Shown here: positions 11,950-23,376 of the stretch, in pieces
Numbering within the stretch: position 1 is the first letter of the stretch
How the letters are laid out: each line of letters opens with the position of its first letter
Source: Chiloscyllium plagiosum
Lineage: Eukaryota
Length of the DNA stretch: 31,938 nucleotides
NCBI RefSeq assembly: GCF_004010195.1
Contig: NC_057719.1
Location: forward strand, 56,425,079-56,457,016
Reading direction: 5' to 3'
Program-made: the position numbers and the translations under genes
The notes under the pieces: model-generated
The model's input: the letters and a program-made list of their open reading frames with translations, nothing else
The model's database searches: none
Told to the model about the DNA's origin: nothing

Positions 11950-12025
11950 CATATACTCTCAATGCAGAAGGTGCAGAAAACCAATTTGATTCTTGACTTT
12001 CCTTAGACAGCTCCTCATCTCTGAG
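11950..12025 (-). CDS. PPP2R3C: PPP2R3C exon 9 (76 nt): LRDEELSKESQESNWFSAPSALRVY
   Basis: TAG acceptor, GTATGT donor, phases fit neighbouring exons. Confidence 0.95.
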
Positions 12026-12120
12026 CTACAAATATAAACACACAGGCAAAATCAGTTATGTTCCATTGCTATCAGTGGATCATAGTTAACATTCAAAAAC
12101 TTTCTCCGATGGCCAATTAC

Positions 12121-12176
12121 CTCCAACAAATCATCCAAGAAGCTGCAGGCCAAAATATCTTGGATTTTTATCTTAC
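12121..12176 (-). CDS. PPP2R3C: PPP2R3C exon 8 (56 nt): GKIKIQDILACSFLDDLLE
   Basis: TAG acceptor, GTAATT donor, homologous peptide. Confidence 0.95.
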
Positions 12177-12732
12177 CTAGAGTAGTATCAAAGATATGAA
12201 AGTCAGGTTAGTTTGAATCATCATGCCAGCATAAATACAGGGAGATACAGTCCTCTGTTGTAAAAGGTGAAGTGCAAATCACATTTTCTGGCAACTTCAA
12301 ATCCGATTAAATCAATCAATCTGATGGTTCAGACTGCCACATCTGAATTAAGTTCAGGTAGTCTCAACCCAATTTCCAGCAATGTGGAACTTGTGCTGAT
12401 AATTCAACCTAAACTGGTAATTTTTTAAAAAAATGACTCAAGAAAAAGGTAGAAATGTTTTCAGTTCCTTTAGCTCTTTAGAAGCTGAATTACATTATTG
12501 GAAACTTTGCTTGATGATCACTGAACCACATCTTAAAAATTGCTCACTGCCAGCAACATATATCAAAAGCGTTTCCCATAACATAATATAGTCTTACTCC
12601 TGAAAAACAAAATGGCAAAATTTTATGAAGAAAAGCTTTATATTCTGATAAATGATACAAAACCCGTTTATTTAAGATTAAATCTTTTGGAAATACCGAG
12701 TAGGATGTTGAGACTTAATTAAGATTTATTTA

Positions 12733-12989
12733 GGTAAAAACAATGACTGCAGATGCTGGAAACCAGATTCTGGATTAGTGGTACTGGAAGAGCACAGCAG
12801 TTCAGGCAGCATCCGAAGAGCAGTAAAATCGACGTTTCGGGCAAAAGCCCTTCATCAGGAATACAGGCAGAGAGCCTGAAGGGTGGAGAGATAAGTGAGA
12901 GGAGGGTGGGGGTGGGGAGGAAGTAGCATAGAGACTTCAGGGCAGAGGAAATGACCTGGGAGTTGCAGTGGGAGAGGGACTCCCTGAGA
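12733..12989 (-). mobile_element. Penelope-like terminal-repeat fragment with hammerhead motif
   Basis: TSD TAAGATTTATTTA at 12720-12732 and 12990-13002; same family core as the 2570, 5301 and 25287 elements. Confidence 0.85.
12827..12862 (-). ncRNA. Minimal type I hammerhead ribozyme motif
   Basis: Minus strand: AUUC CUGAUGA A GGGC UUUU GCCC GAAACGUC GAUU. Confidence 0.72.
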
Positions 12990-13622
12990 TAAGATTTATT
13001 TATAACATTTTGTGTAACAACAACCTTTCTTAAAAATAAGTACTTCACTTTTCTCCATAATCATTGGAAATCATTTTACCAGTAGCTTGAAAACTGAGAT
13101 AAGTTGCTAACTTGTTTTTAAAAAATTACATGAAACTCCATTTCCCAATATTAAAAATTAGGAATTAGTTATCTTATGAATAAACAAATGAATTATTAAA
13201 ACAAATGACATTCAGGTAACCAACACAACTATCAAAACATTAAATTATTAATTTATGGAGAAGACCTACAGACTGAATTTAGGAGAATGTTAATTTCAGC
13301 AATTCAATAGCTCCGAACTTTCAATCAAAAGCTTTTTACTTGAATTATCAATTGAGATTGATGTGAATCCCATATGCTCTTAACAAGTAGGTTTCAGCAG
13401 ATTGTACTCAACAGGGCATTGTTGTAACAGCTTGGAGCCTTATCTCCCTCAGGAATAAGAAAATAAGACACACTCTCAACTAATCACAACAACCAAACAG
13501 AAGACTGCTATCTAAAATACATAAGACTAGAAGCATAGCCATAAAGAACAAAAAATGTTTATATTGCTAAGACATGATAAATGTTACAGGGTTTATGACT
13601 TGATGAGGAAATATCCACTTGC

Positions 13623-13755
13623 CTGTTCGGAGTGGGTCGAGGAAGAAAAAGAACTTTCTAACAGCAGTGCACACATAGAATGAATAGAAGGACTTTTCTA
13701 AGCCATCAAGCTGTGGTAAAGTTGGAATCAACTCCAAAATGTAATTTTCCAGATC
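13623..13755 (-). CDS. PPP2R3C: PPP2R3C exon 7 (133 nt): DLENYILELIPTLPQLDGLEKSFYSFYVCTAVRKFFFFLDPLRT
   Basis: CAG acceptor; non-canonical GCAAGT donor at the only position that preserves the peptide into exon 8. Confidence 0.94.
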
Positions 13756-13855
13756 CTGTTGATATAATTTAATGTGAAGTTAAGGTATCACAGAACACAA
13801 CAAGATGGAAGTGTGATAGAAATTGTCAGATTTGAACGTAAGGTAGGATACTTAC

Positions 13856-13926
13856 AGATTCACGAAGATATCCTTGACCAGCTACATCATATAAACTCAG
13901 ACCTATCCTTGTTTGATGCAGCCAAA
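13856..13926 (-). CDS. PPP2R3C: PPP2R3C exon 6 (71 nt): VWLHQTRIGLSLYDVAGQGYLRES
   Basis: TAG acceptor, GTAAGT donor. Confidence 0.95.
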
Positions 13927-14021
13927 CTAAAATTTAAATAGATTTAGTATGGTTGTTTTATAACTAAGATTATGTAAAAACTATATAAATTTATCTGTTA
14001 GTTTGCATAAGATTCCGCTAC

Positions 14022-14119
14022 CTTTTCTCATGACATAGTTGAAGAACTGCATTATGGAGATCCTTCCATAGGCATCATTGTGCAAGAGTTTTGCGAATAT
14101 CTTAGCTGCAAAAAACTGC
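14022..14119 (-). CDS. PPP2R3C: PPP2R3C exon 5 (98 nt): QFFAAKIFAKLLHNDAYGRISIMQFFNYVMRK
   Basis: CAG acceptor, GTAGCG donor, homologous peptide. Confidence 0.95.
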
Positions 14120-14384
14120 CTGTTGGATAACATTAAAATGCAAGTATGATAGCAAAAAGATCATATAAAAATGTTCACTAAAATTGTATTGAAAGGGAAC
14201 ACCATAGAATCAACATTTAAAAAATAGATTTTAATAAAATACATGATTGTCAATTGCTTGGCATTGCTTAATGTTTTTTCTTTCCTGAATTATTGCTGTA
14301 ACTTGGCACAGAGATTGTTATTTTTAGTCTGACAACACATGCCAAGAGACATTTTGGGGCTTTACATGAGCAATCCAAATCAAG

Positions 14385-14535
14385 AACAACATAGGAATTA
14401 GAAGCAGGTGTAAGCAATCCAGCCCTTCAAGCCCACTCTGGTATTTAACATGATCATTGCTGATCTTATCCTGATCAGAGCTCCACTTTCCTGCCTGCTC
14501 CCCATAGCTCTTTATCCTGCTTTTCATCAGAAACA
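14385..14535 (-). mobile_element. CR1 3' end fragment
   Basis: Reverse complement resembles the CR1 3' end at 25110-25272 (tatggggagcaggcagga...gatcagcaatgatcat...ttgaagggc). Confidence 0.65.
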
Positions 14536-14969
14536 TATTTATTTATTTCTTGAATAAGTTGATCGATTCTGCCCTTATTCAGCATAAGTATGGTTGGGGA
14601 AGGGAACAAAATATCAATTACACACAATAAAATTGCACACATCTTCAAAATAATCACCCTGAAATCTTGGGCTACTGAAAACATGAAGCGAGATGATACT
14701 GTTGAGGGAATTCTGCTATATAGATATAATTACTGTTTAGCAAACTGTACCTCATTAATTCACTTATGTTCTTAATTTAGGTTAAGATGGGCCAATTTTG
14801 AGAACAGTTCAATGATCTATGTTGTTCATCAAATAAACACACCAGAATAGTTTTTATTGCATAATTCATTACATGCATTGGATTTAACAATCAGTAAGAA
14901 AATGGTCTTATTAATATGAAGAGATTTTCTTCAACTTCATCGGAAATGGTGCTAATAAATGGCACTTAC

Positions 14970-15082
14970 TTGCATTTCTGTCCAGCTTTCTCTTTGACCT
15001 CCAGAAAGTTTTCATAATTTATCATTGCTTCCTCTCCTATCAGAGGAGGGGTTTGATGTTTGTCTAGCAAAAACCACAAATT
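14970..15082 (-). CDS. PPP2R3C: PPP2R3C exon 4 (113 nt): NLWFLLDKHQTPPLIGEEAMINYENFLEVKEKAGQKCK
   Basis: CAG acceptor, GTAAGT donor. Confidence 0.96.
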
Positions 15083-15171
15083 CTGTAAAACAAAATAAGA
15101 AAGGAATATTATGCATACAGATTGACATTTGACTAAACAACTGAGACTCAAAGTGTCCTTTAGAAATCCAT

Positions 15172-15202
15172 AGTAGAAGTAGAAGTAGAAGTAGAAGAAG
15201 AA
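15172..15202. repeat. (AGTAGA)n microsatellite
   Basis: agtagaagtagaagtagaagtagaagaagaa. Confidence 0.85.
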
Positions 15203-17088
15203 CTAACAAGCCCCTTGTTGCATTAGGCAGATTTCACTGCCAAAATAATGTTGGTGTGCATTATTGTCCCTAAAACATATCACAATGATAAAATACTTGG
15301 CAGAGTTTATGTCAGCAATTTAAATGATAGATTCTCTCACATCTGCTGTGTCTTGAACATGTTCACAAACCAGTTGGTTCAATGATTCACGCACACTGAT
15401 TCATGCACCTTGCACAATGTATCGGAAATTGCTTTGGCTCCTGTCAGCTTGAAACACAGAAAATTAAGGCACAGGAGAGTAACCAATGATTCGAGTCCTG
15501 ATATAACAATCACACAAAAGCAAAAATGAAAACTAAATTAAAATTGCAACTTGTAAGCCAGCTTATGACAGCTAGGGGTGAAAGAAAGTGCTAACCAGTT
15601 GGAGGTTCAGTGATTCTTGTTTGGTCTGTTCCCTACCTCTACTTGAGTGCCTGTATCCGCAATAACTTTAGATTTCACTGAGTTTCTGCTTTTGCATTCA
15701 GAGGCAAAATGTTTTATTAATTTTTATTTCAAATATATGTTAAAGAAATAAAACTGCTTTGACATTTGTTTTAATAACACAAGGTGTCATGAAAACTCAG
15801 ATTTCACCTCATGAATACTGTCAAAGTGGCTTCCTTTTCAAAAGGACAATTCACTACTTTGGATACCCAAAAAATCTTTCATATAAAAGAGAAACAGCAA
15901 ACTTTGTTTTAACCTGCACTGTATGAATTGGCACTCTCTATAAACTGGCATAAACTATATTCCTCAAATTCCATAAAGGATATTGAATTATTCTGTCAAG
16001 TTATTAAAGTTTTAAAAAATTATTTACCTCAATGTAAATATACTGTATTTTGTGTTCATTCAAGTTGTCACACAAAATCTAAACAGTTGATTCAGTTTTA
16101 AGTCAATTTCGCCTTAAACACTGCAATCTACCTGGATGGCCAAGTACTCAGATGAGGGTGTGATTAAGAAGGCTTTCTCCACTCAGTTTTATTGAAGGCA
16201 AAGTTGCATTATCATTTATCACTTATGTTGTAAATAAAGTAAAGCAGTGATGTGTACACACCCGGCCTTACTTTTTTATTACTTAGTGCGTGTTTTGACA
16301 CTGTTTGTGTGGACCTCTTGATTATCTGAAATATTTGATCAACTGGCACACCTCTGGTTCCTTAGGTGCTGGTTAATAAAAGGTTTGCTGTATTTCCTTT
16401 CCAAAATTTTCTCTTCCTACTCAATTGAACAACAGGATGCAGATAAAGCAGATTTATAGTTGCTATTAAAGAATACACCAGTCTATTTTGTAAATAATTC
16501 TCCCTTCTTCCAAGACTCCATACATTCCCATTCATCTACGGATAGAACTGCTGAAATCTAAGTTGTAAGAAAGAAGTCTGAGATCATTTTAATTTTTTTT
16601 TTCTTAAATGCAAGGAATTTACCCATTCCTTAAAAAAAGTCTCAACTTAATATTAGTTTTCATTTAATAAATGATCTAATTTACATTTTTATTTTAATTT
16701 TATAAAATTCCATTGATGCTTCATTAATAACATTTATTTACAAAATCATCATTAACATAAAATATTCTAAGGTGCTTTACAAGGGAATTATAAAACAATA
16801 GCACCAGGGAGATAAGAGGACAGGTGACTAAAAACTTGTCAAACATTTGGTCAGAGATAGATATTAAAGTGCACGTTAATGAGCAAAAATGAGATAGAGC
16901 GGCAAAAGAGCTGAAACAGAATTAAAGAGATCCAGATATCTTGGAAGGTTGTGGGGACTCAAGGAAATTATAGAAAAAGGTTAGCCATAGAAAACAAGGA
17001 TGAGAATTTTAACATCAATGCCTTACTTAAATGGGGTTCAATTTGGGAATGGTCCAACATGGGGGCAATAACTGAAAGTCTTATCAAG

Positions 17089-17306
17089 CAATAGTCATGT
17101 CCCTACCTCCGGACCAGAAGGGTAAATGTTCAAGTCTCACTTCAGGATGCGATAGCCACAGAATGGTGACATAACACATCTAAACTGGTTATATAAAAAA
17201 AAAGTCATGATGTTAGGGTTTTAGGCACAATGGTAGTGTCCCTGCTTATGATCAGATGACGTAGGTTCAGGTCCCACCTGCTCCAGAGTGTGTCATAACA
17301 TGTTCA
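17089..17306 (+). mobile_element. Two diverged copies of a short tRNA-like SINE
   Basis: caatagtcatgtccctacct...gttcaagtctcac...cataacac and caatggtagtgtccctgctt...ggttcaggtcccac...cataacat; B-box-like GTTCA. Confidence 0.5.
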
Positions 17307-17696
17307 TTAAAAATAAATACAGTAGTAATGATCGATGGGAGTTATGACAAGGACAAGGTTTTAGTTTGTGTTTTGCAGAGGTTAGAACATGGGAGCTGGC
17401 TGGAATTGCATTAGAGGAGTTAAGTTTTGACATTCTGAAAGAATAGATAACATTTCTGCACATGAGAAAGTAAGGCAGAGGTAAGGTCTAAGGGAAAACT
17501 GGGCAGTCTTTGCGATAGAACAGATGCATGATTAGAAGCTGATCTTGGGCAAAAAATCTGACACTAAGACTGCCAATTGTCTGGTTTAGCCTCAAAGTTG
17601 TCAGGGAGAGGGACAGTCAGTGACAATTAGGTAGATAAGAAAGGCAAGTGCAGTCCTGTCCAGCTGGATGATAATGAAAATACATTAGAAAAGATG

Positions 17697-18156
17697 CAAG
17701 GTTTGTGAAACACTACGTAGGACAAACAGGAAGAAAGTTAGCCACCAGGATACATGAACACCAGCTAGCCACAAAAAGACACGACCCTCTCTCCCTCATA
17801 GCCCTACACACGGATGAATAAAAAACCACCATTCGACTGGGACAACACATCTATCCTGGGACAGGCTAAGCAAAGACATGCCAGAGAATTCCTAGAGTCC
17901 TGGCACTCCAACCACAATGCCATAAACAAACACATAGATCTAGACACTATCAACCCCATCTATCAACCCCTCAGAAAATAAACAGATAATGACATCACCA
18001 CAAACCCCAGGAACCCCATCCAGGAGAAAGATATAAATAGAAAGCAGGAGACAACAGCTTCGCTTCACTTGGAGGTCGCCACTGATTATGTTACCTAGCC
18101 AGGTAATGAAACGTCTGGATATCAAACCTACAGCTCAGCGAGCAAACCTACACCCT
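17697..18156 (+). mobile_element. 5'-truncated Penelope-like element: GIY-YIG endonuclease C-terminal part plus terminal repeat
   Basis: HYVGQTGRKLATRIHEHQ...FDWDNTSIL...REFLESWHS...AINKHIDL (stop at 17819 and frameshift); TSD ATTAGAAAAGATG at 17684-17696 and 18157-18169. Confidence 0.88.
18079..18118 (+). ncRNA. Hammerhead ribozyme motif with core mutation (CUGAUUA)
   Basis: CCA CUGAUUA U GUUACCU AGCC AGGUAAU GAAACGUC UGG: stem I CCA/UGG and 7-bp stem II. Confidence 0.6.
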
Positions 18157-18839
18157 ATTAGAAAAGATGGTATGATCAATAGTGTCAAAGGCAGACAAAA
18201 CAAGAAGGACGAAGGGGTTGGATTACTTTCACCAGTCATATAGAACATCTGTTGACTTTAATAGGAACTGCTCAAATCCTATGTCCTGGCAGAAATTCAA
18301 TTGGAGGGATTCAACATATCTGTGAAAGATAGGTGTCGAGTTGGAAGATAGCAACAATTTAAGGAGTGTGAAGAGGAAAGGTTACTTAGAAATGGGGCAC
18401 TAATTAAGATGGATGAAGGGACGGAGTTTAATTTTTTTGAGCCAAAATGTGATGATGGCAAAGTTAAAAGAGAGAGGAACCGCACTTGAGGAATAAGAAG
18501 AGTAAACAACAATTAAGGAGGGGTTGGGAAGGGAAGTTGGGAAGTAGTTCTAGTAGAGTAAGGTCAATACAGAAGAACAGGGGTCTAACGGACAAGATGA
18601 ACCTTGAAAGACCGTGATGGGAAATTGCCAAGAAATTACAGAAAGATACATGTTAGGATATAGGTGAAAACCTTCCAGGAAATTTGTCCTTTTGGACTTT
18701 GGGAAGGAAGAAAGTAGCAGTGGGAAGTGATAAAGTACTCTCAATGCTAGCAAAAAAAAATTCATGAACTTATTGTACATACTGGAGGCAAGAGTGAAGG
18801 AGACAAAGGAAAGGGGTTTAAGAATACAGTTTGCAGTTG

Positions 18840-18927
18840 AGGAAAGAAGGAGCCAAAAAACGTGGAGCTGGAAAAGCACAGCCAATGAGACAGCATCCGA
18901 GGAGTAGGAGAGTTCTTCATCAGGAAT
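18840..18927 (-). mobile_element. Degenerate copy of the hammerhead-bearing PLE repeat (stem II and GAAAC deleted)
   Basis: gctggaaaagcacagc...cagcatccgaggagtaggagag joined to ttcttcatcaggaat. Confidence 0.65.
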
Positions 18928-19611
18928 CAGGAAAGAAGCCAAGGGATTACCTTGTAATCCTGCAGTTTACACAGCAATACATGATTGTTCTTTATATGGT
19001 CTTGTCAAGTATGGTCATGAACAGCTAAAGCAGTTATCAATTGCCATATTCATTCAAGTTTGTGTGTATTGTACTTAAGGGTGAAAATGGCCAAGATAAA
19101 AAATTAGTAATGGTGTTGGTGAAGCATTGAAAACTGAGATGGAGCAAGTGAGCGGATCAGTGCCTACAGAAATGCTATGGTGAACAAAAGGTCACATGAT
19201 TGAGAATTTGAAAGTACAGCTTAGAGATATTTCTTCCAAGGCACAGAGACCAAAACAAGTAGGATTTGGGGGAAAAAGTAGGAGGTGAATAGATAGCAAT
19301 TCAAGGAATTGATCAGAATTGTCTTATGAAAGGTAGGTATTATGGGAGCAACAGGATCATGATATAGCAAAGTAAAGAGGATTGCCATAAATACAGATTG
19401 AGGATGAATGTGAATAGAGTTAAGGGAGGATAAGAAGGGAGTGAGCTCAAAAGAGAGGGAGCAGGATTAATTACGATGGAGGTTGAAATTGCCAAGGATG
19501 AGCGGTTGCTCAGCACAAAAGCTGCTGGAGGAACGTAATGAAGATAGCTTGGTGACAAAATTGGTATGGTATTTAGGTAGGTAGTAGAAAACAACGATCT
19601 AAAGAAAGATC

Positions 19612-19683
19612 TGAAAAAACACAGCAAGTCTGGCAGCATCTTTGGAGAGAGACCCAGCACTAATGTTTTGACTCCACTATGAC
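19612..19683 (-). mobile_element. Old fragment of a related Penelope-type short repeat
   Basis: gaaaaaacacagcaagtctggcagcatct. Confidence 0.45.
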
Positions 19684-20685
19684 AATTTTACAGGTATTAA
19701 GAAGGGTGTGATCATCCCTCAGCTATATTTTAGTCAATGGTATGATGTTGTTGCCATTGTCCACAATAAGTTCATGATTCTGAGGGCCTTGATCATCAGT
19801 GAAAATACATTTTACAGAGAGATACAGAAAGAGGCAGTCATAACAGATACGTTCACAGGATCAAAAGTGAGTCATAGCTTGGATGAGGGAGAAGATGGAC
19901 GGGCTGCAACAATGGGTTGGGCAGAAAGATCATCAAGAGAATGGGATGGACTGATGGAGTATATAAATGGGCCACTTCTGAGGATTGATAGAGAAACAGA
20001 GGGAAGATGTTCGCTTGTCGAAGAGGGAGTGTCAATCCTGGGATAGAGACAAGATATGACAAGGTTAAAAGTACTGAAGGGTTACTACAGAAATTTGGGT
20101 GGAAAAAAGATCAATAAAAGGGAAAAACGAAAGGAATGACAAATTACAGGAGGGAAGGGTGTTGGAGAGGTAAGAAAATAAATTTAAAAAAAGGAGAGAA
20201 AATGAAACATAGAAAGTGAGCTTAGGTGCAGAGTGGAAAGCAAAACTTACATATAAATGATACTGGGGAAAACTCAAAGTTATGTAGCTCTGTTATATAA
20301 TCAACGTGATGATTGCTATGTCCTAGTAAAATGAAAAGAGTCAAGTCCAATGTTAAAATCAGAAGTCCTATCATGTAGAAACACACACCCACAGGTAACA
20401 CTGGTTAGCCAATAAACAAATAAAGCAAGTAACTACACCATCTGTCACTTGTTTAAGACAATATTTCCACCCATTTCCTTTCTTTCTTGTTGGTAAAATA
20501 CATTTAATATTATTGAATAAGGAAAACAAATGCAGAGATCAGATAATGATCACATTACAGACAATTCCACTCGCTAGTTATTGAGGTAGCATGCAGCAGC
20601 ATAGAATGTTACTGCATCACCAGAGTTAAAATTTTCAATAGTTTCTATGACAGTACAGCCAGATAAAAACTTTGGTTTTTCAGAC

Positions 20686-20790
20686 CTGTAGCTCTTCATT
20701 ATCCAACAATTCTCTACTCTTCCTTTGAAGAAATACTGCCCTGGATTCTTCCCTTAATTTCTGCAACAGAATTTCATCTTCTGCTGGAAG
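20686..20790 (-). CDS. PPP2R3C: PPP2R3C exon 3 (105 nt): LPAEDEILLQKLREESRAVFLQRKSRELLDNEELQ
   Basis: CAG acceptor, GTCTGA donor, homologous peptide. Confidence 0.95.
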
Positions 20791-21336
20791 CTGATACAGA
20801 ATTGAAAGAAAAGTTTATTAAAATACCTACAGACTGCAATATGTTGTTTAACTATAATTTTTTTATCCTACAAAACATCAGCACATAAAATACCAAAGGC
20901 AGAGTAAAAACACAATTAAAGTTACCAATTCTGATGCATTCTAAAAGAACATTGCTATTTTTGCAGGAATTTACCCTGCATATTGTTGCTGTTCATTAAT
21001 AAAATTTAACTTCATTCTGATCTAGATTTTGATTTAACTCAATACATTTGAGTATGTATTTTGACTAACTGCAGAACATAATTATTTGATTTTGCCTTTT
21101 GAGAGGACTTTTCATTTTCTTTTTGTCCATTTTCTTTCTTGGTTCAAAATCATTCACTGATCAAATAAATTGCCAGGATGATTAATTCCCTTTATCCCTT
21201 CTTTGAAGATCCTCACTCAACTGCAAGGATGCTAATTTATTTTGGGAACCATTGCAGGGATATCCACATATTGTTATAATAGATGACAAGCCACCATTGC
21301 TGTTCGATGTATATGTGCCTTTCAAATGAAACCCTG

Positions 21337-21620
21337 TGGGTGGCACGGTGGCTCCCTTACAACACCAGGGACCCGGGTTTGATTTCAGCACTTCAGCCTT
21401 GGGTGACTGTCTTTCTGGAATTTGCATATTTTCCCCATTTCTGCCAGTGAGGGGTGTGTGGTTTCAACCAGGTGTTTTAGTTTCTTCCCACCGTCCAATG
21501 ATGTGCAGATTAAATGGACTGGCAATGATTAATGTAGGGTTACGGGGATAGGTTAGGGTCTGTACAAACTTAACGGACCAAATAAAATCCCTACAGTGCA
21601 GAAAGATGCTATGATTCTAT
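21337..21620 (+). mobile_element. tRNA-derived V-SINE (HE1-like), degenerate
   Basis: gggtggcacggtggct head, gacccgggtttgattt B-box region, homology to 30716-31010, ctatgattctat tail. Confidence 0.75.
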
Positions 21621-22619
21621 TTAACAAGAGTTGGCAATTCAAAAGGTTATTGAATATTAAGCAGGCTATGGAATAAAAAAAAAAACTACTGCTGAGTTCA
21701 TTATGCACTTAAAACCACAAAGGAATTGTAGTGCTGATTTTTAGTTTACATTGGCATCCAAGATCAACAATACAAATTAATTGTTAATTAACCTTTGCTG
21801 AGAAACTGGATAGAATCTACATTCACAGCGATGCTGAACAACAATTTGAAAACAAAATATAGAGCGTGTTGGGGAAAAGTAAATCTTATGTCAAATCGTT
21901 TAAAGCAGTCAGGCGACAAGACCTTGAGCAATTAACTAGCTTTTATTCATAGTCATGGGGAAATTACATCTTCGTTCGGAGAAGTCTGACACAATTCCAA
22001 TGAAATACAGAATGTTAGAAGTTATATAGTAAAATACAAACCCACTGCCCATCAATTATGCAACCTAGGGGCAGTCGTAAAGTTCACATATATTGTCCAA
22101 ACCTACATTTCTTAATGTCTACAAAACTGAATGTTATCTTACACTGCAGGTTCAGCTAGACAAGAACAACCAATACAGGACATAGAGAAGCAATACATCA
22201 TTCTATGAAGCAGAATTATCTAATGGCAGAGGAGCAAAAACAGTTTCCAGCTGCAAGGTCAAGCTCCAAAAACAAAAATTAGCAAGCAACATTTTACTGC
22301 AAAAATTGCTTTGTGACAAAAATGGCTTCCATACAATTTTGGTCAAATTCTCCCAGAGTGGAATATACGGCCACATCTGTATCAAGGGAATTTATTCTTA
22401 TTAGGTCTTCTTACTTCAATTCATACATGAGGAGGAGACTGGAAATGCTGTTTTAAAAACTAATGCATCCCTTGACGATTCCACATGGAATCCACATAAT
22501 TCAATGCGTTATTGAATCATGAAACTCAGGTAAATTGTAGATTTATGTTTGGCGGGTTTGGAGTTATTTTACCACACTTGGGGAAAAAAAGTCAAAACAA
22601 CAGCAGTTTTAAAAGGGAG

Positions 22620-23376
22620 AAGAACAGACGAAGGAAGCACATGGTGAGGACAGTGAGTGAGTGAGTGAGTCAGAGAAAACCTGCACAGTTACTGCCTTTG
22701 CTGTTTTTGAATTCATGTATTGCTGGACATCAGAGTGCCTCTGGGAAAATTAACAAAAAGAGTGAATTTCACAACTAATGTTGGAGGAACCTGTTTGGCA
22801 AAGTTCACAACACAGAATCAGATAAGTTAATCGTTGTTTTAAATCTGCCCAATAGTAAGGCTGCAGTAGTGAGTACAGTGGGTTATTTCTTGATTATATG
22901 TTTTGTGGAGATAAGTCTCTTGATTAAACTTTAAATATAAGCCATAACTATTAATTTAACTTGGTGCAGTGTTATGTAGAGGAATAAGATGGTGTTATTT
23001 TCTGGGTCTGTAGATTGCGAAGGAGCAAAAATGGCCTTTGCAGTGATATGTACTTCTTGTCAGATGTGGGAATTTAAAGAGTGCTTAAGGATTACTGTGG
23101 ATTATATCTGCCATAAATACTGTTGGATGTGAATCTAATCAGATCGAATGGATCAGTTGGAGAGACAGTTAGAAGCGATGAGGAACTTGCAACAGCAACA
23201 GTATGTGATGGATGGCAGGTATAGGAAGGGGGAAAAGTCTCAGATACAGTCACATAGATGGGTTAACTCCAGGAAGGGTAAGAGAGGTAGGCACCTAGGG
23301 CAGGAGTCTTTTGTGGATATACCTGTTTGAAATGGGTATGTTGTTTGGAAAATGTAGGGGGTGATGGATTGTCTTT
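22620..23376 (+). mobile_element. CR1 5' region and ORF1 N-terminus (Cys-rich plus coiled coil), decayed
   Basis: ATG at 23031: MAFAVICTSCQMWEFKECLRITVDYICHKYCWM* continuing in frame into DRMDQLERQLEAMR; (GAGT)n at ~22655-22670. Confidence 0.6.

Larger units (their letters stand above)
16755..19150 (-). mobile_element. Old L2 LINE, interrupted by younger insertions
   Basis: Minus-strand SAFDTIDHTI (L2 RT motif SAAFDTVDH) at ~18165-18196; long purine-rich + strand; limits approximate. Confidence 0.6.

Noticed and set aside
12203..12224. Minus-strand C-box (ATGATGA) and D-box (CTGA) pair suggesting a snoRNA
   Set aside because: Boxes are only ~10 nt apart and lie in the branch-point region of the exon 8 acceptor.
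15012..15209. Poly-Leu signal-peptide-like ORF
   Set aside because: Artefact of the (AGTAGA)n microsatellite, out of frame with exon 4.
22150..22529. Possible plus-strand antisense exon (CTGCAG acceptor, CAG|GTAAAT donor)
   Set aside because: Stops in all frames, no recognisable homology, and such splice-like motifs occur by chance.
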